Origin: Macrostomum lignano
Taxonomy: Eukaryota
Reading direction: 5' to 3'
NCBI GenBank assembly: GCA_002269645.1
Contig: NIVC01000061.1
Location: forward strand, 992,001 to 1,056,000
Length of the DNA stretch: 64,000 nucleotides
Made by a program: the position numbers and the translations under genes. The notes under the pieces were generated by a model. That model was not told the DNA's origin. It did not search any database and saw only the letters and a list, made by a program, of their open reading frames with translations. Positions 29,346 to 41,700 of the stretch are shown piece after piece. Positions within the stretch are counted from its first letter, which is position 1. Every line of letters starts with the position of its first letter.

Positions 29346-29935
29346 GACTGACAATGGGGTCAGTCAGGTGTGGGTCAGTGTTCTGACCAACTGACAATGG
29401 GGTCAGTCAGGTGTGGGTCAGTGTTCTGATAAACTGACAATGGGTTCAGTCAGGTGTGGGTCAGTGTTCTGATCAACTGACAATGGGGTCAGTCAGGTGT
29501 GGGTCAGTGTTCTGACCAACTGACAATGGGGTCAGTCAGGTGTGGGTCAGTGTTCTGACCAACTGACAATGGGGTCAGTCAGGTGTGGGTCAGTGTTCTG
29601 ATCAACTGACAATGGGGTCAGTCAGGTGTGGGTCAGTGTTCTGACCAACTGACAATGGGGTCAGTCAGGTGTGGGTCAGTGTTCTGATAAACTGACAATG
29701 GGGTCAGTCAGGTGTGGGTCAGTGTTCTGATAAACTGACAATGGGGTCAGTCAGGTGTGGGTCAGTGTTCTGATAAACTGACAATGGGGTCAGTCAGGTG
29801 TGGGTCAGTGTTCTGATAAACTGACAATGGGGTCAGTCAGGTGTGGGTCAGTGTTCTGATAAACTGACAATGGGGTCAGTCAGGTGTGGGTCAGTGTTCT
29901 GATCAACTGACAGTGGGTCAGTCAGGTTTGGGTCA
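29346..29935. repeat. 43-bp minisatellite, about 13 copies
   Basis: Unit CTGACAATGGGGTCAGTCAGGTGTGGGTCAGTGTTCTGA(C/T)(C/A)AA. Confidence 0.97.
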
Positions 29936-30065
29936 GCGCACTCTACCAACTATGACGAGTTGTCTTACTAAGTTAGGAGTAACAGGAGGCAAAAAATTAT
30001 TTTCAATTCTGAAAGCAAGCCGAGCAGCCCAGAACGCATTGGGGCTCAAGTTCTCAGTCAGCGTC

Positions 30066-32341
30066 TCATGCAGAAGTCGCAGCTTCATCCGCAGTCTCAG
30101 CTGATTGCCTTCGCCTGGCGGCCAGGTGGTTCTGGATGGCCTGGCCCAGCAGGTCGGGGTCAAGGTCGGCTCCGTACACCTCCCAGGTCTGGCCGTTCTC
30201 GTCGAACAGCACCTCCTTGGGCTGCTGCTGCCGCTGCTGATCAACAGGAAGCGGCCTGAGGCAGCTGTGGCACACCTGCAGGCTGCCTGAGTCGGGCACC
30301 AGCCTATCTCGCCGGGGATCGATGAAGCACACCAGTCGGCGGCTGGGCGACTCCGGCGGCGGCAGCGGGACGACTCCGATCAGCTGATGCTGCTGGGACT
30401 GACTGCCGCCGCTACCGCCGACGCCGACGTCTCCGCTGCCGCTGCTGCCGATCTCCTGGCGTAGTAGAAGGTCGCCAACAATTCGACGAATGTCGCTCTC
30501 AGTACAGACGATGCCATCAACCGGCTGAGTGTCCTGACCTGGCGACTGTCGAGTGTGCTGCTGCTGCTGCTGGTGGTCTCCGCGCGAGGACTGCGAACTG
30601 TGAGCGCAAGTTTGGGTAAATGGGTGGAGCCTGCGGCTTAGCGATGGCTATAAATATTGGATTCGTTTGAGGTCAACAGGTGACGGCCTGCTGCTGTTTG
30701 GAATGAGTTCTTCAATAGTATTTCTTATGAGACAATAATTTTTTGATAGCTTGACAAGATCCTTCCTGTAACACAAGATCCTTCCTGTAACACAAGAGTC
30801 CTTCCTGTTACACAAGAGTCCTTCCTGTTACACAAGAGTCCTTCCTGTTACACAAGAGTGCTTCCTGTTACACAAGAGTCCTTCCTGTTACACAAGAGTG
30901 CTTCCTGTTACACAAGAGTCCTTCCTGTTACACAAGAGTCCTTCCTGTTACACAAGAGTCCTTCCTGTTACATAAGAGTCCTTCCTGTAACACAAGAGTC
31001 CTTCCTGTAACACAAGAGTCCTTCCTGTTACACAAGAGTCCTTCCAGTACACAAGAGTCCTTCCTGTTACACAAGAGTGCTTCCTGTTACACAAGAGTCC
31101 TTCCTGTTACACAAGAGTCCTTCCAGTACACAAGAGTCCTTCCAGTACACAAGAGTCCTTCCTGTTACACAAGAGTCCTTCCTGTTACACAAGAGTCCTT
31201 CCTGTTACACAAGGGTCATTCCTGTTACACAAGGGTCCTTCCTGTTACACAAGGGTCCTTCCTGTTACACAAGGGTCCTTCCTGTTACACAAGGGTCCTT
31301 CCTGTTACACAAGGGTCCTTCCTGTTACACAAGAGTCCTTCCTGTTACACAAGGGTCATTCCTGTTACACAAGAGTCATTCCTGTTACACAAGGGTCCTT
31401 CCTGTTACACAAGAGTCCTTCCTGTTACACGAGAGTCCTTCCTGTTACACAAGGGTCATTCCTGTTACACAAGAGTCCTTCCTGTTACACAAGAGTCCTT
31501 CCTGTTACACAAGAGTCCTTCCTGTTACACAAGAGTCCTTCCTGTTACACAAGAGTCCTTCCTGTTACACAAGAGTCCTTCCTGTTACACGAGAGTCCTT
31601 CCTGTTACACAAGGGTCATTCCTGTTACACAAGAGTCCTTCCTGTTACACAAGAGACCTTCCTGTTACACAAGGGTCCTTCCTGTTACACAAGGGTCCTT
31701 CCTGTAACACAAGGGTCCTTCCTGTTACACAAGAGTCCTTCCTGTTACACAAGAGTCCTTCCTGTTACACAAGGGTCATTCCTGTTACACAAGAGTCCTT
31801 CCTGTTACACAAGGGTCCTTCCTGTTACACAAGAGTCCTTCCTGTTACACAAGAGTCCTTCCTGTTACACAAGGGTCCTTCTTGTAAGGCGGGAGGCCCG
31901 AAAAATCAAACGAGTGAGATAAAAGTAGAATTGGGTCACACAATCAAGCCCTCACCTCGCCGCCACCTCCTGCATGAGCAGGAAGTCCCTGGGCGGCCAG
32001 CCCCTGCCGTGCAGCGATGCGTGCCGCTGCAACCGGAGCTTCAGCGAGCGCAGCTTCCCGATCAGCTGCTGCGACGCCGAGCCGTTTGACGCACCCGACG
32101 ATTCGTCCTTCGGCGGCTGCAGCAGCCGGTCGAGCGTCGGATTGCGTCGTCGTTGACGCTTCGCCTGGGCTGGCGGCGGCGGCGGCTTCGGCAGGGGAAT
32201 GAGCGGGCTGACAATGTAGGCGTTCATCCGGTCGGCAAACTCGGTGTCGTGATGGATGGATGTTCGCCGACCCGTGCGGGTGCTGATGAGGGTGAGGCTG
32301 GGCCTAGGGCCCGAGGTCGACGTAGCCGCTGCCGACGTCAT
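30066..32341 (-). CDS. Protein with a GPRIN-type C-terminal domain (GRIN_C-like), 2 exons, about 316 aa
   Basis: Exon 32341-31956 (ATG to GCGAG|GTGAGG, phase 2) joins exon 30630-30066 (CCGCAG|G) in frame. The C-terminus PKEVLFDENGQTWEVYGADLDPDLLGQAIQNHL matches the GPRIN motif V.WDE.GMTWEVYGAS.D...LG.AIQ.HL. The N-terminus is low complexity. Confidence 0.8.
30765..31880. repeat. 21-bp minisatellite, about 53 copies, filling the GPRIN-like intron
   Basis: Unit TCCTTCCTGTTACACAAGAG(T) with variants. Confidence 0.97.
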
Positions 32342-32415
32342 CGTCTGACGACGCCTAGTTTCCACGAAACACCTCTGAGACCGCAAAACTCGGCAGCTAT
32401 TGCCCTGGTGTAGTG

Positions 32416-32520
<105 letters not shown>

Positions 32521-33509
32521 CCTCTGCTTGTCCTCTCGCAGGCGGATCCTCAGCCTCTGCTATCCGCGCTCTTAATTCTATATGTCGGGGGGAAGGGGAT
32601 TGAGTCCAAATCCTCTCAATCTGCCCAATCCGTCGCTCCTCAGTGCTGGAGAACCCTTTTTCTCTTTGAGGTCCCACACTCGCCTCTCTTCTTTCTCTTT
32701 GCTCCCCTTCCAGCTCCTCTCGGTCTGTCCCCATCGCCTTGCATGACAAGAGATCTCTCCCCGTCGTCATAGAAAAACGAAATCCAGCCTCGGCATGCGA
32801 GGGCAGGGCTGCCTGAGGCTTCTGCAGCGCCCGTCCATCCAAGCGCAGGGCAATGGGATTTGGGACACACAGAAGCGCGCTCAGTATAGTCTTCTTCCCA
32901 AGCTTAAGCAGCCTCCCTCCTCCACTCCCGTGGCTGCGGGCTGGAAATATGCGAAGAACAGGATCTGATGAGAGGGTTTGTATAGCCATAGGACGACATA
33001 ATGGGGAAGAAAAATTCCATGCCGCATCATGGATGGGAAGTGAGAGCTAAGTAGCTAAATAAAATTTCTTTTCCGTCCTTTCCGAATTCTCGTCTCTCAC
33101 TCCAGCTGGCTCTGAATTTAGCTAGATACTTTTGTGCTGCCATATAATTTGCATTCCGCACACACGATACATAATAGTATGCATGTAGATTCAATTGTCG
33201 TTTAGGAAATTCAAAATTTACACCATTTCTATTTACATTTATTTGTTTAAATTATAAATTATTAACCTGAAGACTGCTGATCGCTTTCAGCAATTGAACG
33301 TGCAGTTCTCACGAGCTATGGGCTGGCTACATGTACTTCACAGAGAACTGCCAAGACCTACTGTTTTTTTTTCATTTTCCAAAGCCAAAGCGTTTTTAAA
33401 TTTAGGCTTTTACGACCACAAAAAACAAGAGGCGAAGAGAGCAGAAGAGACGAGAAGGACAGTTTGTGACAGATTGTGGGGTCAGGTTAATGGCTTGTAG
33501 GTCAGACTC

Positions 33510-35100
33510 TAGCGTGGCGGTCCGCGGCCGTGGCCCCGTCGGAGACGCTCGGTTGGCTGATGCAGCAGGGTGAGCGCCAGCGGGTTTTGCTCCCTATTCT
33601 CCCCTCTGCCGTAGCTGCGGAGGCAGTGGCCGACGAGCATTAGCCGGCGCCGCTGGAGGGTGGCACTGAGCTGAGGCACGCGGGCTCTCGCCATCAGCAG
33701 GTCCGTCGGCAGCCGCTCTGGGTAATGGATGCCAAGGGCGAACCGCAGCAGCGATCGGTAGGCAGCGTCCAGGGCTCGAGATCTTCAGGTCGTCGTTGGC
33801 AGCTGAGCTGAAGACCTCCCTGAGGAGATGAGCCGCGCGCCAGGCCTGTGACCTCCCGGTCAACGATGATGGAGTCAGGGCTCATCACGAGGGAGCCCAG
33901 GTACCGGAAGTCTCTGCAGACTGAAATGACTTGCCCATCTGGAAGGGTCAGGATTGGTGCTGCATCGGTGCCCACGTGCAGCACCTCCATCTTGCGTGCG
34001 TTGATTTGCAGTCCGACTCGGGCGCTCTCCTCATAGAGTCTCGAGAGCGCTCTCTGGGCGACAGTCGGACTGCGGCACAGCAGGGCGATGTCGTCGGCAT
34101 ACGCGAGGGCGGGCAAAGGGGCAGCACCGCGGCGGGAGCTCCGGTGTGACGCCAGCAGGTAACTGTCCTCTGTGAGGCTTCGGCGCAGCACTTAGTCGAC
34201 GACAAGGATGAAGAGCAGTGGGGCCAACGCGTCACCTTGGAGGACTCCAGGGCTGGTGCAGAAGTCCTCAGTTGGGCCATCGCTGGTTTGAACAAAGGCT
34301 TTGCTGTTGTTGTAGAGGTCCATCACTGCAGAGATAAGAGCCGGGGGGACGCCATAGTGCTCGAGCAGCCACGCGATCGCGCGCCGGCACACTGAGTCGA
34401 AAGCTTTGCGGAAGTTCACAAAGACAATTGACACAGCTCTTTGGTGAGTTTTACAGGCCTCGACGACTGCTCGAAGGGCTGCAATATGCTCTGTTGTCAA
34501 TCGGCCAGGCCTGAAGCCACTTTGGAGGCTCAGGATCATTTGGTTGAGGCCAGGCAGCAGCCGATTACGCAGTATAGCATTGAGCAGCTTAGCCAGAGTG
34601 CATTCCAGAGCGATGCCGCGTTGGTTGTCCAGACTGGTGGATGCCTGAATCAGCGCACTCTTCGGTGCTCCTGCGGTGTTCTTGGACAGCCAGAATGGAG
34701 ATGTTCATGCTCTCTGCCAGCTTGGTTAGCTGGTGTGCAGTCTTCAGGGGCAGGCAGTGAGCGTTCGTGCGTTGAGGGTAGCAAGTCTTGTGCAGTTATC
34801 AAGCTGGTTTTGACTTTCAAGGACTGGCAAGGATATAATGTGTAATGTGTCCAATCTCTAGCAGGCTCCGGCTGGGCAGGCCGCGAGTCCTGCTGGTGGA
34901 GCTGGCGGGCAGAAGTGCGCAGTGCATTGCGTTGGGCATTAAAGCGTGTGTGTCGGCGTTCGGAGCCATGCACACTCCGCCGTCCTCTGTGGGTCGCCAC
35001 CTTTTTTTGCCGCTCCGTCAAGTTGACGGCGACGCCGTTGGCACCTGGCCCTATATTGACTAGGGGCCGGAGGTGGGCGACCATCTTCGCGCATTGGGCG
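33510..35100 (-). mobile_element. Decayed RTE-like LINE (RT fragment)
   Basis: Motifs RGIALECTLAKLLN, QSGFRPGR.TTEHI, FVNFRKAFDSV, GVLQGDALAPLLF, LAYADDIALL and FRYLGS, with an in-frame stop and deletions. Boundaries are approximate. Confidence 0.85.
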
Positions 35101-35101
35101 T

Positions 35102-35168
35102 GAAAATTATAGCCAACTGAAAATTATAGCCAACTGAAAATTATAGCCAACTGAAAATTATAGCCAAC
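35102..35168. repeat. 17-bp repeat x4
   Basis: Unit GAAAATTATAGCCAACT, at the edge of the RTE-like remnant. Confidence 0.95.
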
Positions 35169-35701
35169 CTACTACTAGGACTATTAGGAATCTACCAGCT
35201 AAAGCAATGTTAAAAATATCTCATCCATCTTGGTCTGCATGCTCATCGTCTGCGGAGCTTGGATCCGCCGTTGGAACAAAAAGGATCTAATTTTAATATT
35301 GCCGAAGGGTTAAAAGTAGTTAAACAAAATTGTGTTATTATTGTATAACTTTCAGGGGCAACAGGACTGGTAACAGGACAAGGAGTAATTAATAAACCGT
35401 AACTAAAACACAAACAAAGTTAATGATACGATTATTACAATACAAAGTGTGTAAAAACGTTGTGATTCGATTTAGTGGATGTACGAAATTCTCGCCTCCA
35501 AAAAATTTGCTTCCCCTCGGACAGTTTCCTTTTCAGTTACAATAATAAATAAGATAGGCTTAATACACACATAGTTCGCGGATTATAAAATCGTAGTGCC
35601 ATAACTGTGCTTCCGATTTTTCCGATCTAATACTAATAGCGTGGTTGCTTAATTTTTAAAATAAAATCTAGCTATAACTAGCCTACACATAAAAACAATA
35701 A

Positions 35702-38700
35702 ATGGGTGCATCTACACGACGTCTCCAAAAGGTAGGCATGCGGCCCCTTGGCATATAATATTTATATTGTATATGTAGTATATCTAGGGCTTACTGTTTA
35801 GGCTATGCTTGTGATCTATGATCTATATAATTTAAATTAAACTACACAAGTTGAATTACTTTAACTGATCTTTGATTTCTTCTGAGACCTAGACCTAGCC
35901 CATAGTCAGGAAGGTGGCATAGCCTGCACCAAAAAATACCATAGGGCGAAATCCAAAAACGTGGGATAAAACGGTAAAACAAATCTGCGGACATTCGATG
36001 GAAAGTAATGTATCTAAAAAAGGTTTTTGAAAGATAGATATGTCTTTAGAAAATAGTTCTGGATAAAAACTATTGTTTTCATGCTTTGTATTGTTGAATA
36101 AATAAGAAAAAACCACAAAAAAGCATTTTGAAAGTCCGAGTTGACCGATTTGCAATTTTTTGTTTCACTTTTTTTCATTATTAAACAATTAATTTTAAGA
36201 CTTGTAGGCCTTAGAGAAGGCTAATTTTTTTACTAATTACAAAACAGAAAGTAATCTGTGTTTTACTTTTTATTCAATTCAAAAAGATGAAGTATTTCTA
36301 AGGATTTCAAAGTTTTTCTAAAACCATATAAACTTGCAAAAATTCATACTAATATAAAGTGCAAAGTTTGCCAGCAAACATCTTTTTCTAAAAGTAAATA
36401 TATCGCTAATTCCTTGTTGCAAAATAATCTTTAAGTTGTTTTCTTTCATTTAAATATCAACTTATTTGTAATAGTATTTGTAATATGCCTATATTTAGAC
36501 TTAAAAATTTTGGGTAAAAAATGGTACCACAAGATGTGAACCCGGCATCCAAATCAGATGCTTACTGTATGCTCATTAAGCGACGAAGAACAATGAAATT
36601 ACACTAAAACATGTATCATCGCGGCGTGTATGCAGGAAAAAAAGAATTTTCCAAATCGCTTCAGTAGAAGCTGAGTAAAATGCAATTTTCCAATCCTTAT
36701 GGGAATTCCAATGTGTTACCCGGCTTCCAAATCAGATGCTTACTGTATGCTTATTAAGCGACGAAGAACAATGAAATTACACTAAGACATGTATCATCGC
36801 GGCGTGTATGCAGGAAAAAAAGAATTTTCCAAATCGCTTCAGTAGAAGCTGAGTAAAATGCAATTTTCCAATCCTTATGGGAATTCCAATGTGTTACCCG
36901 GCTTCCAAATCAGATGCTTACTGTATGCTTATTAAGCGACGAAGAACAATGAAATTACACTAAAACATGTATCATCGCGGCGTGTATGCAGGAAAAAAAG
37001 AATTTTCCAAATCACTTCAGTAGAAGCTGAGTAAAATGCAATTTTCCAATCCTTATGGGAATTCCAATGTGTTACCCGGCTTCCAAATCAGATGCTTACT
37101 GTATGCTTATTAAGCGACGAAGAACAATGAAATTACACTAAAACATGTATCATCGCGGCGTGTATGCAGGAAAAAAAGAATTTTCCAAATCGCTTTAGTA
37201 GAAGCTGAGTAAAATGCAATTTTCCGATCCTTACGGGAATTTGTATGTTTAAATAATAAACTTACGTTGAATACAATTTATTGCAAACGAACTCTACAAA
37301 ATACACGTTGTCAAGAGTAACGAAAGTGATAAACAAATAAAACCTTAAAATAATGTTAAATATGTTGTAGAATTATAAAGTGTAACATTATAAGATAGTT
37401 AAAGTTAATAAAATACATTATTATAGCTTTTTAATCATTTTCATTAGACTCATTTTAGGTCGTAATTAAACTTACCGTTTTAACAAATCATTTTATTAAA
37501 AATAAAGCTATACGAAAATAATTTGTGCTTTAATAGACTTTTTTACTTTTTAAAAACATGAATAAATTTATTTTATAGCTTTATTGCTTTCAAATTGCCA
37601 AAAAACGAATTTTCATAAAACTTGCCCCCGATTTTTGGATTTCCCCATAGGCATAAAGATTGAGAAAACTTAATGTAGTTTTGCACTACCTAATACTTAC
37701 TTTGTCTTTGACCAATAAATTTTATTTGAAGCAATAAATTTGGAGCAATTATCCTCCTGACCTCCTACCATCTTTATGTTCTGAAATTTAAAAAGAACCA
37801 TTAAAAAAATTAAACGCAGTAAAGTAAAAGATTTATTCATTAAATTTGAAAGGCACAGTTAGGCTAGGCAGATTCAACCCATTTTGGCAAAGGATTTTTG
37901 GCAAAAGTCAATAATGGCAAAAGACTTTTGCAGTGACCATTTTCTCTAAAATTGATCCACTTCAGCAAAGGATTATTTTTATTATTGGCAAAAGGCAAGC
38001 AATTATGCATTATACGTGGAGTAATTGTAACAAATTAAAAAATTGGTGTTTATAAATAAAAAACAATTAAAATGAACAAATTGAGCAATTAAAATTGATT
38101 ACTAAAATTAAAAGTCATTTGGGCTCATACATGCGCAACTTCTGAAATTACGCTGGCCGTGCGACTTAGTTTTCGATAAAAAATGCGACTTACCTATGAA
38201 AGAGCCAAGCAAAAACTTTAGGTAAACGGCAGGAGTAACTATGACCATATTTTTAAAGCTAAATGCCTCGCCAGCTAATTAGTGCTGCGTGCAGATTCCG
38301 CGTTTTTATAACAGCTAATCAGTATGTCATCTAGTGGCAGCATGAAGCAATTAGTAAATTGTCAGTACAGTGTAGTGAGCATACTACAAAAGTCATGATT
38401 CATGAATGTCCAGAAGTAAGTGAAGTGAATACAGTGTGACCTATAGCTCAAGAACGATTTGCTAGACGATTTGGCATGGAAGATGAGAGCCCTGATTCAG
38501 ATGGCTCATCAGATGCAGAATACGAATCCAGTAGAGATACAAGCTGTGAAAACCCACAGATTTTTAAACCACTGAATTCTAATTCCCGGAACTATTTTTG
38601 CATAGATTCTAAATTTGAAGTCATGCTCAAACAAAAACTTGTTAACAGTTAGGAAAAAGGCAAAGATGGGAGTAATGCATGTTAAACTAAGATTTGAGGC

Positions 38701-41700
38701 CTTTGCAAATTCTCCCCATTCCTCAATCTTCTCATCCTCTTTTTCTTTTCTCTCTCATCCCTTATCCCTTCTCTCTTTCCTCTCCTCTCTCCTCTCTTTC
38801 CTCTCTTCTCCTATCTCTTCTGTCTCCTCTCTACATTCTTATCTCTCCTCTCGTCTCTCTCCATTCCACTCTACTCTCTCATCTTATCTTCCCTCTCGTC
38901 TCTCTCCACTCTACTCTCTCATCTTATCTCTCCTCTCTTTTCTACTCTCTCATCTCTCCTCTCTTCACTCTCCTCTCATCTCCTCTTTATCCTCTCTTCT
39001 CTCATCTACTCTCTCCTCTTTCCTCTTTCCTCTCTTCTGATCTCATCCATCATCTTTTCTTTCCTCTTTCCTCTAATCTCCTCTTCTCTCCCATCTCTTT
39101 TTTCTCCCTCAGCTTTTCTTTCCTCTTCTATCTTTTCTCCCATCGCATCGCTCGCCTCTCCTCTGTTTGCTTATCTCTAATCTTCTATTCCCTCTACTTT
39201 GAAGTAAGAAAATATGCACATATTTTTGCTGAAGATAAGAGGAGAGAAGAGGGCATTGAGGAGAAAGGGTAGAGAGAAAGGGGGAGAAGAGAGGAGAGTA
39301 AAAATGAGAGGAGAGAGAAGAGGGAAAAGGGGGGAGGGAGAGAAGAGGGGAGGCAAGGTAGAGAAGAAGAGAGAGATAAGAGTTGAAGAGACACCAACCT
39401 TGCTAGTTAGGAAGTTTCAAAGTTTCAAAGACTTGTGGCTCTCCTGCCACACTTGCACCTACTACCCCCTGATTGCCTCTGATTGTGACTTATTTCCCTC
39501 TTATTGCGACTTAGTTGCTTCTTTTTGCGACTTACCTAATCTTTTTTGCAACTTACCTAATCCTTTTTGCGACTTACTTAATCCTTTTTGCGACTTACCT
39601 AATCCTTTTGCGACTTACCTAACCCTTTTGCCACTTACCTAATCCTTTTTGCGACTTACCTGATTCTTTTTGCGACTTACCTAACCCTTTTGCGACTTAC
39701 CTAACCCTTTTGCGACTTACCTAATCCTTTTGCGACTTAGCTGATCCTTTTGCGACTTAGCTGATCCTTTTGCGACTTACCTGATTCTTTTTGCCACTTA
39801 GTTTGCTTCTTTTGCGACTTACCTGATTCCTGTTGCAACTTACCTGATCCTTTTTGCAACTTAGTTTGCTTTTTTTGCGACTTACCTGATCCTTTTTGCG
39901 ACTTACCTGATTATTTTTACAACTTAGTTTGCTTCTTTTGCGAATTGTTTTTCTTTTGCTTTACCATTTTCCCTGAACTGCTCTTTCTTTCGCTTTCCTC
40001 TTGCCTTTCTTGGTTCTTGTGTTTTTCTGTTTTTGGTTGACTCAATTTTGCGACTTACCCCTGGTCAGCCACGATTTACGGTGGCCGGATCGGCCAGCTC
40101 GGCCAGCAGTTGCGCATGTATGTTTGGCATACATGCGCAACAGTCGGCCGAGTCGGCCGATCCGGCCGACCAATTTGGCAGCCAACCAAGGAAGTCGCAA
40201 AAATGCCACCCAAGAAAAACACCAAGTAGTAGTACTAAGTAGCTGACGAGACATTTTTGGTTAATAAGACAGTCATAGTTACTCCTGCCGTTTACCCAAA
40301 GTTGCGTTAATTTTTAATTTTAAGGTTTTTTTACATGGAAGTCGCATTTTTGGCCAAAAACTACGTCGCATTTTTGTTAAAACTAAGTCGCACGGCTGAC
40401 CGAATTTTGGAAGTTGCGCATGTATGATGTTTGGGCTAAGACATTTAAAATAAAGTTAAATATATTCATTGTCATTGTACATGTATCACAAAGTTAAGGT
40501 GCATTTAGGCAACTACACTTCTCCAATAAGCTCTCAGTTGAGTGCAGACCCAAGTGGTGCTCCTGCCACAGATCTAAAAATATGCAGTCACACTTTCGCT
40601 GTGCTTTGCGCTGAAATTGTTGCAACTGTCCCTGTGCCATGAGCTGAGTATCAACAGCGACAAGTTGCCCTTCCTCGTGCAATAGTCAGACAAGAATGTA
40701 AAATTGAAAGTTGCCTCACTGAGCCCAGTAGTTGAGCCATCAATGCCAGCTTTCTGTCATTGTTGGTTTGAATAGTGCAATCATAAACTGTTATTTCATT
40801 AATGCTCCAGCCGGTACCATTTAACCTTCCTTTGCCAAAAGAGAATTCCTTTGCCGAAATGGGTTGCACCTGGCTAGGCACTGATATTGGAGAAAAAATT
40901 GCCACAAGAAAATACCTATGTACCATTAAACTACTCCATGCTTGGGCGCAACCTAGGGATTCACCTGGCCGTTTCTATTGGCAATACACACATGTAAGTC
41001 GTTTTTGGATAGAATAGTAGTCATGTCACTCATGTGACTGCTCTCAGCCAATACCAACTTACATATATGTGTTGCCAATAGAAATGGCCAAGTGATTTCC
41101 AAGGTTGCGCATATATAACATATTCCCTTTCTGTAGTTTGGAAAGTGCACTCATGAAAATTCATGTGCCTATCTTTGCTTTGTATTGCACTATTTAGTAA
41201 TATATGTTTTGGTACACTAAAACAAAATATTTTATTGCTCTAATAGAATTTTTGCTTATCAAATGATAATTATGAATAGACTACAAAGGACTTTGTGAGT
41301 AAATATTGCCCATATCTGCTTAAGCAATTAAACGCTACATAGCAGATAGCTTATGCCTTCCAATTGCAGCCATAAAGAGAAATTTATCAATAATTGCTTT
41401 GTAATATTTCTGCCAGGTGCATTAACTATTTTTTAGTTATCATACTGCTCAATTAACTTATAAAAGTCTGATCTAGTTCTATCTGATCTAAAACAAGCGA
41501 GTGCCTGAACTGAATAAGCTATTTGTATAGCTTGTACTATCCACAATGCCAATGACAAAAAACTCATAATGAGAACAGGTGAAATTTGTGCCTACTCTGC
41601 TTGAGACAAGCTTCTGTGCTGATTTCTTCTTGCTCTAATTTCGAATCCATGGTAGCCAACTTGTTCCAGGACTATGGGGCAATGCAGCACTTTCTACCTG

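Larger units (their letters stand above)
38126..40122. mobile_element. CATACATGCGCAAC-terminus MITE, long internally expanded copy
   Basis: Termini CATACATGCGCAAC...GTTGCGCATGTATG. The TSD is TTTGGGCT; the right copy is restored once the 40128-40426 element is removed. The ends match the compact copy at 62201-62466. Confidence 0.85.
37871..40871 (-). mobile_element. Mutator-like (MULE) non-autonomous element inserted in the Chapaev left TIR
   Basis: A 9-bp direct repeat GGCTAGGCA is at 37862-37870 and 40872-40880. About 40-bp TIRs contain CAACCCATTT.GGCAAAGG. A minus-strand remnant at 40494-40800 reads [43 protein letters not shown], typical of a MULE transposase C-terminus. Confidence 0.8.

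Noticed and set aside
29346-29935. CRISPR-like 43-bp repeats
   Set aside because: No spacers; an ordinary minisatellite.
31077-31922. 281-aa ORF
   Set aside because: Translation of the 21-bp intronic array.
37854-37900. Full RSS (heptamer-12/23-nonamer) at the Chapaev ends
   Set aside because: Only a 6/7 heptamer match. There is no ACAAAAACC nonamer at the right spacing, and the TSD is 4 bp rather than the 5 bp of Transib/RAG.
38325-38340. CTCF-like motif CATCTAGTGGCAG
   Set aside because: A single short match inside a transposon with no supporting context.
38480-38560. Acidic peptide resembling a piggyBac N-terminus
   Set aside because: Too short and low in complexity, with no TTAA-flanked ends or downstream core.
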